Assembly: GCA_963782465.1 (NCBI GenBank)
Contig: CAWAJR010000007.1
Coordinates: forward strand, 347,016-411,015
DNA: 64,000 bases
DNA from: an uncultured Actinomycetes bacterium
GTDB lineage: Bacteria; Actinomycetota; Acidimicrobiia; IMCC26256; PALSA-610
Direction of reading: 5' to 3'
Shown: one piece after another, positions 17,912 to 23,870 of the stretch
Layout of the letters: every line of letters begins with the position of its first letter
How positions within the stretch are numbered: position 1 is the stretch's first letter
Translations under genes and position numbers: made by a program
Notes under the pieces: model-generated
The model's database searches: none
What the model saw: only the letters and a program-made list of their open reading frames with translations
What the model was told of the DNA's origin: nothing

Positions 17912-20192
17912 TTCGTACTCGGGCGGTCGAAGGCCCCACTTCTTCTGCTGGAGGTAGTCGACGCGCCACGGCGGTCGGTTCCCGCGCTCGGCGTCGATCC
18001 ACTGCTGGTACATGCGTTGGGTGACCATCGACGCGAGTTTCGAGAGGGAGCGGCCTTGGAGGTGTGGCGCGACCACGCGTAGGAAGGGGCGGGCGAGGTC
18101 GATCAGCATCCCGACGGGGCCGGCGGGCGGCACGCCGAGCATGTCGGCATTCGTGTTGCCGATCAGTTGCCGCGTCAGGGCGGCGGGATAGTTCTTGGTC
18201 ATCGGCAAGCGCATCTGGCGTTGCATCACGTCGAGGAGGGATGCCATCAGCGTCTGGCCGTCGGCGCTTTCACGCGCGTGGCGCCGGAAGATGGTTTCAC
18301 CGACGAGCCGCAACTCCTCGATGGTGAGCGGTTGCTCGTCGGGAGCGGATGGGCTGCGCCGGAGCAGCGAGTAGTCGATCCCGAGGAGATGCCCGACGGC
18401 GAGCCAGAAGTGCACGTAGTCGTCGCGCGCTTGGGCGTTCGCGGGGCTGTTGGTGACGATGCCGAGGTTGTCGAGCGCATCGAGCACGACGACCGTGAAC
18501 ACAACCAGCGTGCCGACCAGGTCTTCCTGGTTGATCGGGACGCCGTAGCGCTCGACCGACCAAGGGCTTTCGTTGTCGTGGAGGATCATGTGGCGGACCG
18601 CGGCGTGGAAGAGGCGTACCCCCCGCACCGATTGCGCGCCCCGAGTACCCGGCTGGAGCGGCGACGGGTTGTCGGCCATGAGGTCGATGAGCATCTGGCC
18701 GGTTTCGGCGACCCGGCGCGTGGTGTGGCCGGTGGTCAACTCCGCGGTGCAGGTCGAGCACGCGCGCGCCGTCGGCGGCGGTGTAGCTGTACGGCAACGA
18801 TCCGCAGAACAATGCCGACGCGATTTCCAATCCGAAGTCGCAGAGGAAGGTCTTGCCGCCGATCAGCCGGTCGGTGCTCACCCACGCCGGGAGTGCGTCG
18901 TCGGCGCGGAGGCCGTCGTAGTCGTACAACCCGTCGGAGATCATCTCGGAGACGACATCACGCGCGTTGCGTTCCTTGTCGTGGCAGAACGCCTCGACGG
19001 CGCGATCGGCCGCGGGGTCGCCGATCTTGCGCAACGTGCCGAGGTGCGCGTCTTCGAGCGCGAGGTCGACGATGCGCCGGTCGCGTGGCGACGGGCCCTC
19101 GAACATTCCCTGGTCTCGCTGCTCGGCCCGGAACAGGCTGACGACGAAGTTCATTCGTTCCGCGAACCGCGTCCAGTTGTGCGCGCCTCGTCCGGCCCGG
19201 TTGCCGCCGGAACGGTCGAATTCTTCGACGAGTGTTTGTGTGTGTTCGTCTTCGAGGCGCTCGAGGAGCGCAGGGTAGAGCGGTTGCCCGCCCGGTCGGT
19301 CGTCGAGCCCGCGACCGAGGAAGAGCGGTGCGACCGGGCCGCGGATCGGCCCCTCCCACGCGAACACACGACGGGTCATGAACGTCTCGTAGTGCTCGGT
19401 GAGCCAGCGCCACATCGGTGAGCGCTGCCGGAACGCCCACGGCGTGCCGCGGTGTTTGAGCACGACGACGGGTTCGGCGGGATCGTGGGGGTCGGCGTTG
19501 CGAAACTCGACGAGGTGCTTCGCGACCGGGTCGAGCGCGATCTGGATCACCGGCTGCAACCGCCACTGCTCGTACTGTGCGAGCCGCAAGTTGGCTCGAA
19601 GCACGTACTCGGCTTGCCGTTTCGGGTCGGATTCGCAGGCGGCGGCGTAGTAGCAGCGGATCCCTTCGTGCAGCCACGAAATGTCGCCGGCGCAGTACAT
19701 GTCGGAAGGCTCGACGGGCTTGATCTTCGCGAGGAAGGCATCGAACGCCGCGTCGTCGCCATGACCAACCACGGGGGGGTTTGCTTCCAACCAATCGAGG
19801 AACGATGCGATCGCGAACGCGATTTCGTGGAAGACGAGCCGGTTCCCGATCGCGAGCGCGCGTGGCATCGCCGCGTCGCTCAGCAATCTGAGGCTGTGCT
19901 GGAGTCGTGTGAGCGGGCCGGAGAACAGCCGCATCCAGGGCTCGCTCGACACGAGCTGCGCGAAGGCCATGCTCGGTTGGTCGAGCCGGAGGTTCTCGCC
20001 GACCGTGTACGACGACCACCGGCCGAACGTGAACCAGTTGGCATTCCCGCCGGTGCGATTCGCGAGCTGAACCGATAAGTCGGCGTACGCGAACGTGATC
20101 CACTGGTTGCGGTAGCGATCATCGCGGAGCCTGCAGATCGCCTCGACCGCTTCCGTGCGGACCGGGCGCGTCGGGTCGAGCACCCCGCTCAT
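17786..20192 (-). pseudogene. Large two-domain protein: ~400-aa N-terminal domain of unknown family + DUF2236/MpaB-like oxygenase domain; frame broken near 18740-18755
   Basis: ORF 18297..20294 carries the unknown domain (RYRNQWITFAYADLSVQLANRTGGNANWFTFGRWSSYTVGENLR). It also carries the start of the DUF2236 domain (GDPAADRAVEAF..LPAWVSTDRL..GSLPYSYTAADGARVLDL). The domain continues in ORF 17786..18739 (TAELTTGHTTRRVAETGQMLIDLM..VRLFHAAVRHMI). ATG 20192 is preferred over 20294 on codon bias and because a hairpin sits at 20281-20304. Confidence 0.75.
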
Positions 20193-20197
20193 TGCGT

Positions 20198-20234
20198 CTT
20201 CCCCACTTGCCTTCCCCACTTGCTTCCCCACGTG
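20198..20234 (-). repeat. Triple tandem direct repeat (12-13 nt period) in the 5' leader of the 17786..20192 gene
   Basis: Plus strand reads cttccccacttg (20198-20209), c, cttccccacttg (20211-20222), cttccccacgtg (20223-20234). On the coding strand this is CA(C/A)GTGGGGAAG x3, ending 6 nt before ATG 20192. Confidence 0.85.
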
Positions 20235-20280
20235 CCGCTCGCCATCCGACGTTAACACCACGCGAACGGTGGCCCGCTCC

Positions 20281-20304
20281 GAAGAGCGGGCCACCGGGTT
20301 CGTA
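20281..20304 (-). terminator. 10-bp perfect hairpin downstream of the 20345..20941 gene
   Basis: tggcccgctc-cgaa-gagcgggcca, about 40 nt after the stop at 20345 on the minus strand. Confidence 0.55.
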
Positions 20305-20344
20305 GGCCTACCGGCCTGCAGGGTTGTGTGTCTGTGGATTCGAG

Positions 20345-20941
20345 TTACGCGACCGGTGCGGGCATGGCCCCACCGGTGGTCGGTGCGACTGCGTGGGCCT
20401 TCACGTCACGCTCGTGCATCAGGAAGCCGATCACCAACGCGCCCGCCACGCCGATCGCGCCGAGGAGTGCGGCGATGCCGACCCAGTAGGCGATCATCCC
20501 GACGACCGACCAGCCCCACGCGTAGAGCAGGAGCCCACGGAGCGTCTCACCCTTGAACATCGTCGCGACCGTGCCGGCCAGCTTCGTGTCGTTGGGGTTC
20601 GCCTGGGCTTCGGCGCTCAGCTGCGAGTAGGTCTTGCCGCCGCCGATGCCTTCGAGGTGCACGGCGATGAACTGGTTCGCGTAGGCCTTCGCCTTCGGGC
20701 CGCTGTCGACCGTCTGGCCGGCGTACCGCTGCAGGCCGGGGAACTCCTGCGGGCTGAAGTTCGCGGCGCCCTTGGCGGGGAAGACGATCTTCTGCGAGGC
20801 CAACTGGTCGTGGACCATGTTGTCGGCAAAGTTCGAGCCCCACAGCAGCAAGACGCTGCCGACGGCGAGCACGATGAACAGGATCGCTCCGATAATCGCG
20901 AGCGACGGCATTTCCTTCAACCAACTACGAAGTCGCGCCAT
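20345..20941 (-). CDS. Conserved membrane protein (N- and C-terminal TM helices flanking an exported domain)
   Basis: 198-aa product from ATG 20941 (SD ggag 7 nt upstream). LAIIGAILFIVLAVGSVLLLW..LLYAWGWSVVGMIAYWVGIAALLGAIGVAGALVIGF. The longer ORF to 21298 is R/P-rich upstream of this start. Confidence 0.7.
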   Translation of the reverse strand: MARLRSWLKEMPSLAIIGAILFIVLAVGSVLLLWGSNFADNMVHDQLASQKIVFPAKGAANFSPQEFPGLQRYAGQTVDSGPKAKAYANQFIAVHLEGIGGGKTYSQLSAEAQANPNDTKLAGTVATMFKGETLRGLLLYAWGWSVVGMIAYWVGIAALLGAIGVAGALVIGFLMHERDVKAHAVAPTTGGAMPAPVA

Positions 20942-21145
20942 TGTTTCTCCTTGCGCCGATTCTCTTGACGCGATGTGCGTCTTGCGAGTGAGCTCATAAT
21001 CGGCGTTCGGGAAGCTCGACGCGAGTGTCGACGGCCACCTCTCCAGTGCGCGCAAGGCCATGCAAGTTGGGACTGAAGTCCTATCTCGGGCGGGCTCGAC
21101 GTGCCGACAGGCCGGGCCCATTCCGGAGAAAGGGGACAATGCCGG

Positions 21146-21165
21146 GCGACCCTGATGCGGGTCGC
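21146..21165 (-). terminator. Short hairpin immediately after the stop of 21168..21524
   Basis: gcgaccc-tgatgc-gggtcgc (7-bp stem). Confidence 0.35.
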
Positions 21166-21167
21166 GG

Positions 21168-21524
21168 TTAGTTGAGCGCCGGCGCACCCGGGGCGTGGCG
21201 GCGCCCGAAGCGCCGAAGGTTGAAGTAGGCGAAGGCCGACTGCGCGGCCAGCGCGATGACGACGCCGACAAGTACCGGGTGGATCTGGCTCGCAACACCC
21301 AATGCGACGATCACACCGGGCACGAACCACACCCAGAAGTAGCGCAGCCACAGACGCGATGCCTGGAAACGCGCGTACGCGTTGGCGATCGGCGCAAGGT
21401 CGGGTTGCTCGACGCTGCGGCCGAGGCGCACCATCCGCCGCACGCGGAGCCGGTCGGTGCGTTGGAGCTTGCTCCAGGCGCCGAGAAATTCTTCGTCTTC
21501 GGTCGTTCGCTGCATGGCTTGCAT
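21168..21524 (-). CDS. Small membrane protein (hypothetical)
   Basis: 118-aa ORF with two hydrophobic helices (LWLRYFWVWFVPGVIVALGVA; VLVGVVIALAAQSAFAYF) and G/C-ending codons. Confidence 0.6.
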   Translation of the reverse strand: MQAMQRTTEDEEFLGAWSKLQRTDRLRVRRMVRLGRSVEQPDLAPIANAYARFQASRLWLRYFWVWFVPGVIVALGVASQIHPVLVGVVIALAAQSAFAYFNLRRFGRRHAPGAPALN

Positions 21525-21567
21525 GGTGGCATGGACGCGATGCCCGCGGAAGAACGCAGCGCCTGAT

Positions 21568-21605
21568 GTAACAGAGCGGAAACCTCAGCGAGACTTCGGC
21601 GAAAC
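21568..21605 (+). promoter_or_regulatory. GlnR-box-like operator upstream of amt
   Basis: GTAAC-agagcg-GAAAC-ctcagc-GAGAC-ttcggc-GAAAC. The half-sites start at 21568, 21579, 21590 and 21601, an exact 11-nt phasing. It lies 56 nt upstream of the amt start. Confidence 0.6.
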
Positions 21606-21660
21606 CACCGGCTTCTACGTTGCGCTCGGCCTATTCGAGCCAGGCAACGGAGGAACCAAC

Positions 21661-23232
21661 TTGCGATATCGACTCGCCCGGGCAGCGGTGCTGACTGCGG
21701 GCATCAGCGCGATCGTCGCGCTCTCTTCGGGCGTAGCCTGGGCGAGCGCAACGGACGCCGGTGGCACGACAACGAAGGAGCTGACGCACACCGACATCAG
21801 TCTCAACCTGTTGTGGGTCGTCGTCGGTGCAGTACTCGTCATCTTCATGCAGGCGGGCTTCGCGCTCGTCGAAACCGGCTTCTGCCGTGCGAAGCATGCG
21901 GCGCACGTGGTGTCGACGAACTTTGCGATCTTCGGGGTCGGGTTCGTCGCCTACTACTGCGTCGGTTTCGCGTTCATGTTCGGTGGCTTCACCGCGCCGA
22001 TCATGGGTCTCAACAATGCGGTGGGAGGGGCGCACGCCAACCTGATCGGATCGGGGCACTGGGTCTTCCTGTGGAAGGGCGGGTTCTTCCTCCAAGGCCA
22101 CGCGTACGACGTTGCTGCGGCGGCGTTCTTCCTCTACATGGTCGCGTTCATGGACACGACCGCGACCATCCCCACCGGCGCGATGGCCGAACGTTGGAAG
22201 TGGAACTCCTTCGTGCTGTGGGGGCTCTTCTGCGGCGCGATCTACTACCCGCTGTTCGGTGCATGGACCTGGGGTGGCGGTTGGCTGTCGCAGCTCGGCA
22301 ATAGCGCGAGCTGGGGCCACGGGTACGTCGACTTCGCCGGATCCGGTGTGGTGCACATGATGGGTGGTATTGCCGGCCTCGCCGGTGCGCTTGTCCTCGG
22401 GCCTCGCATCGGGAAGTACGGAGCCGACGGCAAACCGCGCACGCTGGCAGGGCACCACATCCCGATGGCCATGCTCGGCACGTTCATCCTGCTGTTCGGC
22501 TGGTTCGGGTTCAACGCAGCCTCGACCTTCGCGGCAACCGACCATCGCTTCGCCCTGGTGGCGGCGAACACCGCGATCGCCGCGGCGTTCGGAGCGGTGT
22601 TCGCGATGCTCTGGGTGCAGTTGCGCACGCCCGACCGCAAGCCCGATCCGGGCATGATGGCCAATGGCATGCTCGCGGGCCTGGTCGCCATCACGGCGCC
22701 CTGTGCCTTCGTGCAGCCGTGGGCGGCGGCGACGATCGGCCTTCTTGCCGGCATCATCGTCGTCGAGTCCGTCTGGTTCATCGAAAAGCGCGGCATCGAC
22801 GACCCGGTCGGCGCCATCTCCGTGCACGGCGTGTGCGGTGCATGGGGCGTGATCGCAGTCGGTCTCTTCGCCGACGGCAGCTACGGCCAAGGCTGGAACG
22901 GCAGCCTCGCCGACAGCAAGTACGGCGTGTCGGGTCTGTTCTACGGGCATGGCGGTGGCGGGCAGTTGCTCTCGCAGCTTGCGGGGGTCGCGACCATCGC
23001 GATTGTGATGGGTGGCATCTCCTACGTGTTCTTCGCCGTCCAGAACAAGCTCACCAAGGGCGGGATCCGTCCGACAGCCGAGGTCGAAATGCAAGGCGTC
23101 GACCTCCCGGAGATGGGCGTGCTTGCGTACCCGTCGTTCTATGGCTCCTCGATCCACGTCGAGATGCCTGACGGCGACGGGATGCACGAGCTCCCGGAAC
23201 CGGTACCGGTGGGGCAAGAACACTCGCGCTGA
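21661..23232 (+). CDS. amt: Ammonium transporter (Amt family)
   Basis: TTG 21661 with SD GGAGG 7 nt upstream. Signal peptide RYRLARAAVLTAGISAIVALSSGVAWA. Amt blocks LLWVVVGAVLVIFMQAGFALVETG, VDFAGSGVVHMMGG, AISVHGVCGAWG. Acidic C-terminal extension. Confidence 0.93.
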   Translation: MRYRLARAAVLTAGISAIVALSSGVAWASATDAGGTTTKELTHTDISLNLLWVVVGAVLVIFMQAGFALVETGFCRAKHAAHVVSTNFAIFGVGFVAYYCVGFAFMFGGFTAPIMGLNNAVGGAHANLIGSGHWVFLWKGGFFLQGHAYDVAAAAFFLYMVAFMDTTATIPTGAMAERWKWNSFVLWGLFCGAIYYPLFGAWTWGGGWLSQLGNSASWGHGYVDFAGSGVVHMMGGIAGLAGALVLGPRIGKYGADGKPRTLAGHHIPMAMLGTFILLFGWFGFNAASTFAATDHRFALVAANTAIAAAFGAVFAMLWVQLRTPDRKPDPGMMANGMLAGLVAITAPCAFVQPWAAATIGLLAGIIVVESVWFIEKRGIDDPVGAISVHGVCGAWGVIAVGLFADGSYGQGWNGSLADSKYGVSGLFYGHGGGGQLLSQLAGVATIAIVMGGISYVFFAVQNKLTKGGIRPTAEVEMQGVDLPEMGVLAYPSFYGSSIHVEMPDGDGMHELPEPVPVGQEHSR

Positions 23233-23250
23233 CCTGAAGTTGCACTCGCC

Positions 23251-23280
23251 AGTGTGGGGACGCGTGAGCGTCCCCACACT
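23251..23280 (+). terminator. 13-bp perfect hairpin between amt and the downstream regulator (terminator or attenuator candidate)
   Basis: agtgtggggacgc-gtga-gcgtccccacact, 19 nt after the amt stop. No U-tract follows. Confidence 0.55.
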
Positions 23281-23294
23281 GCGCGTCGCGGAGA

Positions 23295-23870
23295 GTGGGA
23301 GGGAGCGGCGTGTCGCGCGCGTCCGAGTCGTCGGCGTCGCAGTGGCTCAACGGTGACATCGTCGTGCTGCGGTGGCCGGAACAACAGGCGGAAGCCGTCA
23401 GGCTCGCCGATGAGGAACGTCCGTACCTGCTGCTTGTCGAGCAAGGAGCCGCGCCACCCGACGTCGGTGGCTGCCTCGTCGACTGGGTGCGGTTGCCGGT
23501 CGACGACGCCGACATCCGGGCACGGCTCACCGCGCTCGAACGGCGAGCGGCGCGTCACCCGACGCAACCGACCCTGCATACCGATGGCACACTCATCTTT
23601 CGGGGCCGGCGGGCCTTCCTCTCGCCGTTGCACGCCCGGATCTCGGCGGTGCTCGTCGACGCGTTCGAGAGTGGCGTCGCCGAGAGCGACCTGTTCGGCG
23701 CGGTTTGGCCCGAAGGTGGCAGGCTCGCCAAGATGCGGGTGCACATCTCACGGCTGCGCAAAGACCTGGTCCCGCTCGGTTTGGAGATCACTGCGATACG
23801 CAATTTCGGGTACCGGCTGCACGCCGCCAATCACGTCGACATGCGAACCCCGAGGAGCGGTCCGGAGTAA
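23295..23870 (+). CDS. Winged-helix (OmpR/PhoB-type trans_reg_C) regulator with a short, atypical receiver-like N-terminus
   Basis: C-terminal wHTH FLSPLHARISAVLVDAFESGVAESDLF..MRVHISRLRKDL..IRNFGYRL. The N-terminal ~75 aa resemble a truncated receiver (IVVLRW..PYLLLVEQG..DWVRLPVDDADIRARLTALERR). An alternative start at GTG 23310 has the better SD. Confidence 0.8.
   Translation: MGGSGVSRASESSASQWLNGDIVVLRWPEQQAEAVRLADEERPYLLLVEQGAAPPDVGGCLVDWVRLPVDDADIRARLTALERRAARHPTQPTLHTDGTLIFRGRRAFLSPLHARISAVLVDAFESGVAESDLFGAVWPEGGRLAKMRVHISRLRKDLVPLGLEITAIRNFGYRLHAANHVDMRTPRSGPE

Noticed and set aside
20193-20294. An upstream extension of the DUF2236 fusion gene to the first in-frame start at 20294.
   Set aside because: Codons there frequently end in A/T (tct, gtt, tta, gat, caa, gca, agt), unlike the gene body. 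The stretch contains the terminator-like hairpin of the upstream gene and the tandem repeat. ATG 20192 is followed immediately by typical codon bias.
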